This document shows positions 44,305-52,353 of a stretch of DNA of 64,000 bases, one piece after another. The notes under the pieces were generated by a model. The model was not told the DNA's origin and searched no databases. It saw nothing but the letters and a program-made list of their open reading frames with translations. The DNA comes from Thermoplasmata archaeon (GTDB lineage: Archaea > Thermoplasmatota > Thermoplasmata > Lutacidiplasmatales > UBA184): positions 8,983 to 72,982 of the forward strand of contig JAKAAX010000007.1 in NCBI GenBank assembly GCA_021802125.1, in the 5' to 3' direction. The translations under genes and the position numbers were made by a program. Numbering within the stretch: the first letter of the stretch is position 1; every line of letters begins with the position of its first letter.

Positions 44305-45545
44305 ACGTTCTTTCCTCCTTTCTTTGGGATCATGTTGTTCCCTGGGATTGGGCCGACCTGGCCCTGCGGATGCGGACCCGCGCTCACGCTGGCCCGGTGG
44401 ACCGACGGACGGACCACGTCGTGGAGGCCGTCGTACCGGGTGTGCACCCAGCCGATGGCCGCGCGGTCGAGCGAAAGCTCCGCGATGTCCGCCACGTAGG
44501 CGGCCGAGCGATCGATGGAGTCGAGGACCTGCGCGATCCACGCGGCGGTGAGCGGCGGGACCTGCGTGGAGGTCCTTCTCGAAAGCAAGCTCTGGAGCAG
44601 CGCGATGTGGCTCTCATGGAGCGATCCGGCGATGTCCGCGATCTCGTTCGCGGCGCTGGCGTCGGGCCGCTCGACCAGCGGGATGGCCCGCTCCAGCAGC
44701 TCCGTGACCTGGGCGTGGAACTCGGCCACGGGACGGAAGCGGGAGGGATGGATGCCGGTCCGGGGGAGGCTCGCGGATGCCCGACCGATACGGACCGCAT
44801 GGTCCGCGATCCGCTCCAGGGCCCGTGATATCGCGAGAAGGGGCAGCGATGCGGACGCGCCACCGGGGACCATGGTCTCGGCGGGCGCGCGCAGGAACTG
44901 CGCCGCGAGCGTGCGGTGGACGCGCCACTCCAGCCGGTCGATCTCGTCGTCCTGCCCCTCCCAGTAGGAGTCCTCCTCCACGCTGGGCGCGCGCGACAGG
45001 CCCTCTCCTGCCCGCTTCTGCAGGTCGAGAGCGGCCCGGGCCATCCGAACGACGACCTGAACGGGATCCGCCGGAGCCGCGTTCGAGATGTCGCGAAGGA
45101 CCAGGGTCGAGTTTCCCTCGGCCACCACTTCCATGCGCCCGCTGCGACGAGCGAACTCCCGGACCGTCCTCTGGACGGCCTGGGACATGCCCCTGGGGAA
45201 GTCCAGCACCAGATCCGTGGTCCCTGCGAGGTAGGCCGCGACGAGGCAGCGGAAGAGGTGCTCGAGGGGCTCCTCGGAGCGACCGGTCACCTGGGCTCCC
45301 CAGGTGGTATCGCGTACCCGGACGTCCTCTAGGATGAGGCGACCAGGGCCGCCATCCCGAAGCCGTAGGCTTCCCCCCAGCTGAAGCCCGTTGTTCCGGA
45401 CCCAGGATCTCGGGACCGCGACCACGACCTCGCCCTTGCCCGCCCGCCGAAGCAGACGGATGGACTCCCCCCTCCTCTCCGCGTCCGGGTCGGAGCTTGG
45501 TCTCGGCGGGGCCTCCGCCTGCTCGCTCATCATAGGTTCCGACAA
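44301..45545 (-). CDS. AbrB/SpoVT-like domain plus PhoU-domain protein (archaeal-type phosphate uptake regulator).
   Basis: Track ORF, 414 aa. The N-terminal VVVAVPRSWVRNNGLQLGGSLRL is a looped-hinge-helix/AbrB-like motif. The PhoU-like [13 protein letters not shown] comes later. Its stop overlaps the pstS ATG (ATGA). Confidence 0.75.
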   Translation of the reverse strand: MSEPMMSEQAEAPPRPSSDPDAERRGESIRLLRRAGKGEVVVAVPRSWVRNNGLQLGGSLRLRDGGPGRLILEDVRVRDTTWGAQVTGRSEEPLEHLFRCLVAAYLAGTTDLVLDFPRGMSQAVQRTVREFARRSGRMEVVAEGNSTLVLRDISNAAPADPVQVVVRMARAALDLQKRAGEGLSRAPSVEEDSYWEGQDDEIDRLEWRVHRTLAAQFLRAPAETMVPGGASASLPLLAISRALERIADHAVRIGRASASLPRTGIHPSRFRPVAEFHAQVTELLERAIPLVERPDASAANEIADIAGSLHESHIALLQSLLSRRTSTQVPPLTAAWIAQVLDSIDRSAAYVADIAELSLDRAAIGWVHTRYDGLHDVVRPSVHRASVSAGPHPQGQVGPIPGNNMIPKKGGKNV

Positions 45546-45588
45546 CGAGCGGCGAACCTTCTGGCGCGCATATATAGAAGTTGAAAAT

Positions 45589-45600
45589 AGACTATAGTCT
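45589..45600. promoter_or_regulatory. Perfect 12-bp palindrome AGACTATAGTCT in the pst-operon promoter region.
   Basis: Centred about 50 nt upstream of start codon 45545. A separate TATA-like tatataga lies at 45571-45578. Confidence 0.5.
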
Positions 45601-45838
45601 ACAACATAGAACCCAAGGTGTCCTCCCGGGGCGCCCCCCCACCCCCTTCACGCCGATGGAAAGCGTAGATCCCCCTCCTCCCAGAAAAGCCCTGCCGGTC
45701 GGCGGAGGTTCCCGATCCCGGGGGTCCCCCCGACAATCCTCGAGGTGGAGAAGGCCCGTTCCCGGACCCGCCTTCCCCCCAACCCCGCGTCCTCGAAACC
45801 TGGGAGAGATATGTATCACACCATATGACAATGAAATT

Positions 45839-45848
45839 CACTATAGTG
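45839..45848. promoter_or_regulatory. Perfect 10-bp palindrome CACTATAGTG (followed by TCTACA) in the Pi-transporter promoter region.
   Basis: Centred about 48 nt upstream of ATG 45892. It shares CTATAGT(G)TCTACA with the element at 45589-45603. Confidence 0.5.
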
Positions 45849-45891
45849 TCTACAGGTTCCCCTTATCCCCAACCCCCTCGCTCAGCGGTCG

Positions 45892-48021
45892 ATGACCGAC
45901 CGCCCAGGGGTGGAGGTCGCGCCCGTCCCCACGATGCGGACGGCCGCCAAGGAGCGGCAGAAGATCCTCGCCTCGCTCGACTCCACGCAGACCCAGGCCT
46001 TCCATCTCCGGACCATCGTGGTCGCCGGGATGGGTTTCTTCTCGGACGCCTACGACCTCTTCGTCATCTCGATGGCGTTGCCCATCTTGGGCTTCCTCTA
46101 CGGTACCAGTGGGTCCCTCCCGAAGCTCGAGCTCTCCGCCATCGCGGCGTCCGCCCTGTTCGGTGCGGTGGTCGGACAGGTCTTCTTCGGGATGCTGGCC
46201 GACAAGTTCGGGCGGAAGAAGATCTACTCGCTCACGCTCTCGGTCATGGTCATCGGAGCGGTGGGGAGCGCGTTCGCCTCCCCGTTCATGGGGCTGGACC
46301 TGGTGATGGTCCTCGTCCTCTGGAGGTTCCTGCTCGGGTTCGGGGTGGGGGGAGACTATCCGCTCTCGGCCACCATCATGAGCGAGTACAGCAACATCCG
46401 CAGCCGGGGAAGGCTCATCGCGAGCGTGTTCGCGATGCAGGGCTTCGGGCTGCTCACGGGAGCGGTCGTTTCGCTGGCCGCCATCCTGGTGCTCCCGGTC
46501 CACGACCTCGACCTGGTCTGGAGGATCATCCTCGGGTTCGGGGCGGTCCCGGCCCTGGCGACGATCTACTTCCGGACCAAGATGCCGGAGACCCCGCGGT
46601 TCCAGCTCGCGGTCCAGGGCGACGTGGAGGCCGCCTCAAAGACCATCACCACGCTCACGGGGAAGGCCTCGACGAGCCGGGCCATCGGGACCCCCTCGTC
46701 CCGCCACATCAAGGTCCCGCTCGGGACCTTCCTCCGAAACTACGCCCCGGTCCTCTTCGGGACCGCCGCGTCGTGGTTCCTGCTGGACATCGCGTTCTAC
46801 TTCTCGAACATCTTCAATCCGACCGTCCTCACCCACATCGGGTTCGCCTCCTCCAAGCCCACGACGTTCCTCCTTGCGCACCAGGCGGTGCTCACGCTGG
46901 CCGAGGGGAACATCCTGATCGCGCTCTTCGCGACCGTGCCGGGATACTGGGCCGCGGTGGCCCTCATCGACCGCTGGGGCCGCCGAAGCCTCCAGATCAT
47001 CGGGTTCGGCATCATGGCCTTCTCCTTTGCGATCCTCTCGTTCTTCTACAGCTCCCTGCTCGGGACCTCCCTCCTCCTGTTCCTCGCCGTCTACGCGACG
47101 ACCTTCTTCTTCGCGAACTTCGGGCCCAACACCACGACCTTCGTGATCCCGAGCGAGGTCTATCCCACGCAGTTCCGGGGGACCGGGCACGGCATCTCGG
47201 CCGCCTCAGGGAAGCTGGGCGCGGCGATCGCGACCTTCTTCCTGCCGCTCTTCCTGGTCGCGAACGGTCTGCCCCCCACCCTGCTCGTGCTCGCGGGGGT
47301 CTGCTTCCTGGGGTTCTTCATCTCCCTCGTCACCACCCCGGAGACCACCGGTCGTGCCCTCGAGGACGTCTCCCGCGAGGACGAGCTTCACCTCATGGTG
47401 GAGCGGTTCTCCGGGCATCTGGAGGGACTGGTCGACGCGGTGAAGCTCGGGGCGGGGGAGCTCAACGTGCTCCTCGCGAACCCTCCGACCGAGCTTTCCG
47501 AACGGGTCCCCCGCATCTCGGCCATCGAACAGCAGGCGGACGAGGCGGTCCATCAGATCTACATCGACCTCAACAACAAGGTCATGCGGACCCAGGTGCG
47601 CTCGGACGTGGGTGCGCTCGCGAGCCACCTGGACGACATCATGGACGGCATCGAGGCCGTGGCGGCGCGGATGAAGACCTACCACTTCGTCGACAGCGAC
47701 CCGGACCTCAAACGGTTCGGCGAGATCGTGGTGCAGTGCGTCGATGAGGTGGGGGTGGGCATCCACGCGCTCGACGGGCTACTGGACGGGAAGACCACCG
47801 AGCTCCAGCATTCCATCGAGGAAGTGAACCGTCTGGAGAACGAGGCGGACGACCTCCTCCGGGGTCTTCTCGAGCGGCTGTTCAACGACTCGAAGTCGGC
47901 CCTGGAGGTCCTGAAGTTGAAGGACCTCTACGAGCGGCTCGAGGTCATCACCGACCGGTGCGAGGACGTGACGGACGTCTTCCAGGACCTGATGGTCCGG
48001 TACGCGGTGCTGGCGCCGTAG
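45892..48021 (+). CDS. Fusion protein: PHS-family (Pho84-like) MFS inorganic phosphate transporter plus a C-terminal DUF47/PhoU_div (Pit-accessory-like) domain.
   Basis: Track ORF, 709 aa. MFS part: GMGFFSDAYDLFVISMALP, ADKFGRKKIY, RFLLGFGVGGDYPLSATIMSEYS. From about 47398 onward: ISAIEQQADEAVHQIY...HLDDIMDGIEAVA...EEVNRLENEADDLLRGLLERLF...LKDLYERLEVITDRCEDVTDVFQDLMVRY, which is the DUF47 two-repeat pattern. Confidence 0.85.
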   Translation: MTDRPGVEVAPVPTMRTAAKERQKILASLDSTQTQAFHLRTIVVAGMGFFSDAYDLFVISMALPILGFLYGTSGSLPKLELSAIAASALFGAVVGQVFFGMLADKFGRKKIYSLTLSVMVIGAVGSAFASPFMGLDLVMVLVLWRFLLGFGVGGDYPLSATIMSEYSNIRSRGRLIASVFAMQGFGLLTGAVVSLAAILVLPVHDLDLVWRIILGFGAVPALATIYFRTKMPETPRFQLAVQGDVEAASKTITTLTGKASTSRAIGTPSSRHIKVPLGTFLRNYAPVLFGTAASWFLLDIAFYFSNIFNPTVLTHIGFASSKPTTFLLAHQAVLTLAEGNILIALFATVPGYWAAVALIDRWGRRSLQIIGFGIMAFSFAILSFFYSSLLGTSLLLFLAVYATTFFFANFGPNTTTFVIPSEVYPTQFRGTGHGISAASGKLGAAIATFFLPLFLVANGLPPTLLVLAGVCFLGFFISLVTTPETTGRALEDVSREDELHLMVERFSGHLEGLVDAVKLGAGELNVLLANPPTELSERVPRISAIEQQADEAVHQIYIDLNNKVMRTQVRSDVGALASHLDDIMDGIEAVAARMKTYHFVDSDPDLKRFGEIVVQCVDEVGVGIHALDGLLDGKTTELQHSIEEVNRLENEADDLLRGLLERLFNDSKSALEVLKLKDLYERLEVITDRCEDVTDVFQDLMVRYAVLAP

Positions 48022-48107
48022 ATGGCCGGGGCGGCCCGCGCGACCCTCGTGTCGACCTCAGGCCCCGAGGCCAGCTCCGTGCTCCCCGTGGGGGGGAGGG
48101 GGGAGAG

Positions 48108-48210
48108 CGCCGCCGCGCGGAGTTTCGGGTGAGCGCGTGGAGGCGCACACCGTTCGAACCGCGGACCTTTCGGTTAACAGCCGATCGCTCTGCCACTGAG
48201 CTACGGCGGC
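48108..48210 (-). tRNA. tRNA-Asn (GTT) with a 31-nt intron in the T-loop (non-canonical position, about 59/60).
   Basis: The reverse complement is GCCGCCGTAGCTCAGTGGCAGAGCGATCGGCTGTTAACCGAAAGGTCCGCGGTTCGAA[CGGTGTGCGCCTCCACGCGCTCACCCGAAAC]TCCGCGCGGCGGCG. T-stem CGCGG/CCGCG and acceptor stem GCCGCCG/CGGCGGC only pair if the bracketed 31 nt (about 48122-48152) are removed. The insert itself folds as GGTGTGCGC-CTCCAC-GCGCTCACC. Confidence 0.8.
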
Positions 48211-48239
48211 ACCGGTCGAGCCGACCCGAAGGAGGGTAT

Positions 48240-48656
48240 TTACCTTTCCCGCCGGGAAACCCCCGCGGCTACGACCCTCGGGGACGCCACTGGGGGGGGC
48301 GCGTTCTTCGCCCGGAACCCCGCGGCGCGTTCCTTCAGGTGCTGGATGATGCTGTTCATCTGGTCCAGCGATCGGTCCAGGTCCCTCCAGAACTCCTTCG
48401 ACTTCTCCGTGACGACCGCGCCTTCCGCCGAGGGTTCGATGACCCCCTGGCGTTCGAGGAGGTGGAGCGAGTAGCGGACCTTGTGGATGGGCAGCTTCAG
48501 CGCCTCGGAGAGACGGATGATGCCCATGGGGTGGTTGTCCGAGAGCCTCTCGAGGATGTCGACGTTCCGTGCCAGCAGCTCGAGCTCCGCCAGTATCCTG
48601 TCGACAAGAATCGTACCTTCCACTTCGTCTGGGAGCGGCTCTTCAGAGCTTGGCAT
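48240..48656 (-). CDS. Winged-helix DNA-binding protein (archaeal transcription regulator-like).
   Basis: Track ORF, 138 aa. LERLSDNHPMGIIRLSEALKLPIHKVRYSLHLLERQGVIEPS fits the wHTH pattern. A TATA-like ttaaatag (minus) lies about 40 nt upstream. Confidence 0.65.
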   Translation of the reverse strand: MPSSEEPLPDEVEGTILVDRILAELELLARNVDILERLSDNHPMGIIRLSEALKLPIHKVRYSLHLLERQGVIEPSAEGAVVTEKSKEFWRDLDRSLDQMNSIIQHLKERAAGFRAKNAPPPVASPRVVAAGVSRRER

Positions 48657-49054
48657 GCTACACCGTCTCCGGGGAGGCGGGCGCTCCTATTTAATGGGTT
48701 GTTCTTCCGGTTTAAACCCAGATTCCCGCCGTCAGCCAGTTGGGGGCGCCCCCTCTCCCGAGACGGATCATGAAGGAGCTCGAGGGCGGTTCAGGGCGCA
48801 AGGGAGGGCGACGACACCACCCACTTTCGGTTCACGGCCCGGATCCTGGCGTTCAGGGGCGCGACGCTGCATTCATTCCGGGGTTCTCCGCTGAGTCGCG
48901 AGTTGCCTAACTGCCAAATTGCAGGTTACAGAACCTTGTCACCGCGAAAGGTCCTACGGCGTTGAGGAAGACCCCTGCGGAATCCTCCTCGAGAGCGCGC
49001 TCGCAAGCATGGTTTATACTGACGCCGCCCATTCGATGTTGAGGATTTTTCAGA

Positions 49055-49651
49055 ATGAAATTTTGCCCCAAGTGTGGTTTGGCCGGCGATGACGACCATG
49101 CGTACTGTCTGAAGTGCGGTCGTGCGTTCCCAACGGCCCCGACCGCAACGAGCGACGGATCGCCGGGAGGCGCTTCACTCCCGCCCCCATCTCCCGCTCC
49201 GTCGCCACCTCCTCCAGCCCCGGCGCCACAACCCTACATTCTCGCCACACCGTTGTACGGGCCCGCCCCACAGACCGTCTTTCTCCAACCCACTCATCAC
49301 GAATCGCACGTAGGGGTCATCGTGGTGGTCACCATCCTGGTCCTCTTCCTGGTCTTCCTGTTCTACCCGCTCCCATTTTCATTCTCCATCATCAACCCGG
49401 GCAGCCTATCGACCAGCCAGTGCCACGCCCGGACCTTCGATTCCGGGGTAGGAGTCGCCTTCCACTGGTCCACCGGGGACGGCGCCACGGTTACCTTCAG
49501 CGTTGAGGACTCCTCTGGAAACGTGTTCTACTCCCAGAACGCGGCGAGCGGATCCGGGTCTTTCACATCAAACGGCCACAGCTACGACTTCTGCATGTAC
49601 GACTGGCTCGCCGATTCGGTGTCCGTTTCGGGAACTGCACCGATATTGTGA
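49055..49651 (+). CDS. Zinc-ribbon membrane protein: N-terminal CPKCG..CLKCG, Pro-rich linker, one TM helix, small extracellular beta-rich domain.
   Basis: Track ORF, 198 aa. MKFCPKCGLAGDDDHAYCLKCGRAF, then PPPSPAPSPPPPAPAP, then VGVIVVVTILVLFLVFLFY. Third-position G/C is lower than in the core genes. Confidence 0.6.
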   Translation: MKFCPKCGLAGDDDHAYCLKCGRAFPTAPTATSDGSPGGASLPPPSPAPSPPPPAPAPQPYILATPLYGPAPQTVFLQPTHHESHVGVIVVVTILVLFLVFLFYPLPFSFSIINPGSLSTSQCHARTFDSGVGVAFHWSTGDGATVTFSVEDSSGNVFYSQNAASGSGSFTSNGHSYDFCMYDWLADSVSVSGTAPIL

Positions 49652-49852
49652 GAAGGGCTACGCGGCGGCGTGGTCAGAAGGCCGTGGCACTCCTCACGAG
49701 GCTTGACGCCCAGGAGTGGACATGATCGATCCGCGCCGAAGGCGAAAGCCCAATTCCACGCAGAACGGCGCAGGACCGACGCACCTCGCGGTGCTCTCGA
49801 CTTGACAGGATGAACCCTGACAATCGGGCTTGGTCGGGAAGGAGGTTCGGGA

Positions 49853-49926
49853 CGGGCCCGCCGGGATTCGAACCCGGGTCTGAGGCTCCGGAGGCCCCTG
49901 TGATATCCAAGCTATACTACGGGCCC
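49853..49926 (-). tRNA. tRNA-Arg (CCG).
   Basis: The reverse complement is GGGCCCGTAGTATAGCTTGGATATCACAGGGGCCTCCGGAGCCTCAGACCCGGGTTCGAATCCCGGCGGGCCCG. Acceptor, anticodon (loop CTCCGGA) and T arms are good. The D-stem pairs poorly (GTAT vs TCAC), so it should be checked with a covariance model. Confidence 0.8.
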
Positions 49927-50377
49927 ATCGATGCGTCCCAGGGAGATGTGGACTTGGTCCCTCTGACGAAGTGCTGTCTCCACGTCCGGTCGTGAAGCAA
50001 CGTCAGGGTCCTCCCGGGACCGTCTGAGGCTGGTGTCTGGTTCCTAGATTCCTCCCCCGTCGGGGCCCAGCGCACACTGCTCGAGTGTCTTGAACTCTTC
50101 TAACACCGGGTTAGCGGGGACCCCCTCGATTCCCTCCGCCTGGCCAAGAACCCCCCTCGGGCGCCCTCCGACATGGTCTAGGGATGCCTCAATGACCCGC
50201 TGCCAGCCTGGAGAAACTCCCGCAGTGCTCTGAGCTCGTCGCCCGAGCCCCGCTCTCGCGTCGCCCCCCACGACACTGCCCCCGACCGAACTCTCACGCT
50301 GAAGCGGGTCGCGGCGGCGCACACGCGGGTTCCTTCGTCTGCGAACGGCGGAACGAACGCATAGGTTCAAGGCGTCG

Positions 50378-51868
50378 GTGGTCGTTGCGCAGATCGTGGC
50401 CAAGATTTCCTGCGCAGGGTGTGGGACACGTGCCTCACCCTACCTCGGGAGGTACACCTATTGGTGTGTCCCGGACGCGGCGTTCCTCTGCCGTTCCTGT
50501 AGCCCTCGGATCAGGTCGACGAAGCGGCGGGAGTGCTCGCACTGCGGCTCGGTCGTCCGATTCTCCGGCTCGCTCTTCATCGCCATGGCCCTGCTCCTTG
50601 CCATAGCACCCTTGGGAGGTGGGCTTCCGGGAGCGTTGGACTACCCCACCCGTTCTACATGGCAGAACATGCCCTTCTCCACCGGGCCGTTCGTCCCCGG
50701 CAACTCGATCAAGATCCGCGGGACGATCGAGGGTCCACCGGGGGAAACGGTTCTGACAGGGACCTGGGACGGAGCCACCAGCGGCTTCGATTGGTCTGGA
50801 GGCAATTTCGCGGTCCTGGTAGGATCTACCTCCGTCCTTGTTGATCCGGCCTCCGCGATCGCGAACGACAACTTCTACGGGACCCCCCACAGTCTGAACC
50901 AGGACAACGAGCGGGAGTACTGGGCAGGCGATCAGATCACGGTGCTCGGGACCGTAGGCAGCCCCCTCAACGGAACTGCGCAACTCAGCGGGAACGTCAT
51001 CGCCCCGTACCCCTACAGCTTCCTGAACTGGGAGTGGCTCGCCTTCCCTCTGGGATGCGGGGTCGCCTCGATCGTCGGCCTCGGAGCGCTCGTCGCCGGC
51101 GTGGTGATCACTCGACGGCGCCTCGACATCATGAGAGCGAGGTGGGGTGACTCCGGTCCCAGGTTCTTCGGAGAGGCCACGACCCCGTTAGCGGGCCCTC
51201 TTCCGAGCTCGCTCACCCAGCCGCCGGCTTCAGGCGCGGACGAGACAGTCTGGGTGACCGGGGGCGTCTCGAGGGAGGCGGTCGACCGCGTGGCAGCATC
51301 CTACGCCACGTGGGCGGTTCGAACTCAACGGAGGCTGCTCCTCGGATCGATGCTTCTTGGAGCGCTCGGCGGGTTCGTCCTGGTCGGACAGATCGTGGTC
51401 GATCTGGGGCTGGGGTCGTTCTGGATCTGGGCGAGCGCGGGAGTGGTCGCCGGCGCGCTCGGAACGGCCGGTGGCGTCTTCGTCTGGAACCGTAGGGCCC
51501 AACGCGCTCGGAAGTTCTACTACGACCTCACCGCGGTGGGCCTCTCTAAGGACGGACTTCGCATCCGGACGCCGGGCGGGGTCGAGAAGTTCGACTGGTC
51601 CCAGGCGAAGCTCGGAGGGATGATCATGCCCGATGGTACATCGTCCATCGGCCTAGTCCCCTCAAGTGGCGGCGGGGGTTCGAAATGGTCCCAACTGATC
51701 CTCACCCGTGATCAGATGGCCGCCCTGGTCCGGTTCCCGGGACGCCCGCCCTGGAAGTTCTCAGAGCGCTTCCTCCGCGCGCTGGGGGTGCCACCCGAAG
51801 AGGTCCCGCGGTGGGCGCGCGATGATTCTGGGACGCCTGGGACCGACCAGAGGGGCCACGCAGGCTGA
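50378..51868 (+). CDS. Multi-domain membrane protein of unknown function. It has N-terminal Cys clusters (CAGCG, CRSC, CSHCG), TM helices and an extracytoplasmic beta-rich domain; the C-terminal domain is possibly PH-like.
   Basis: Track ORF, 496 aa. Hydrophobic segments: LFIAMALLLAIAPLGG, AFPLGCGVASIVGLGALVAGVVI, LLLGSMLLGALGGFVLVGQIVV and FWIWASAGVVAGALGTAGGVFVW. No family recognised. Confidence 0.55.
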   Translation: MVVAQIVAKISCAGCGTRASPYLGRYTYWCVPDAAFLCRSCSPRIRSTKRRECSHCGSVVRFSGSLFIAMALLLAIAPLGGGLPGALDYPTRSTWQNMPFSTGPFVPGNSIKIRGTIEGPPGETVLTGTWDGATSGFDWSGGNFAVLVGSTSVLVDPASAIANDNFYGTPHSLNQDNEREYWAGDQITVLGTVGSPLNGTAQLSGNVIAPYPYSFLNWEWLAFPLGCGVASIVGLGALVAGVVITRRRLDIMRARWGDSGPRFFGEATTPLAGPLPSSLTQPPASGADETVWVTGGVSREAVDRVAASYATWAVRTQRRLLLGSMLLGALGGFVLVGQIVVDLGLGSFWIWASAGVVAGALGTAGGVFVWNRRAQRARKFYYDLTAVGLSKDGLRIRTPGGVEKFDWSQAKLGGMIMPDGTSSIGLVPSSGGGGSKWSQLILTRDQMAALVRFPGRPPWKFSERFLRALGVPPEEVPRWARDDSGTPGTDQRGHAG

Positions 51869-52353
51869 CCTCCCTGGACTGGAGGTAGGCAGCGAGGGGA
51901 TTGCCGCTGGACCCTCGACGGACCAACCCCACCACAGCTCGCTCGTGATGAGGAGTGAGGCTCGTGGCGTGTCCGGAATCGATCCCCGTGGTCACGGGGA
52001 AGGATGTGACGGAGCTGCACGAAAAACCTCAGTCCGACGGGCCGTCTCGGAAAAGCGGCCCTCGTTGGAACGGGTCCCGCGAACCGCACCGCAAGCTTCG
52101 GCCGCCGACCCGGGCTGGCGAGGGGTAGATGTTTGCGCAAACTCCGGACGGGAACGGGCCGACAAGGACCCGAGGTTCGGTGTCCGCGCCGATGGGCGCG
52201 CCACGACCCGCATCTGCGCGCTCGAGCGGGTACGGTCGCTCCTGAATCAGCGCCAAGGCCGTTCTAGCCCCCCGCGCAGGCTGCTCTCGCCTGGTGCGGA
52301 CTGGTTCGGTGGGCCGCGGACCCCAGGCGGGCGTCCGGGGGCGAGGAACCCCC

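Noticed and set aside
49674-49910. A minus-strand ORF that starts inside tRNA-Arg and reads out of its 3' half, considered as a partitioned SSV-type integrase fragment.
   Set aside because: It is only 78 codons, has no recombinase-like motifs, and is followed by no longer integrase remnant. It is most likely a chance ORF.
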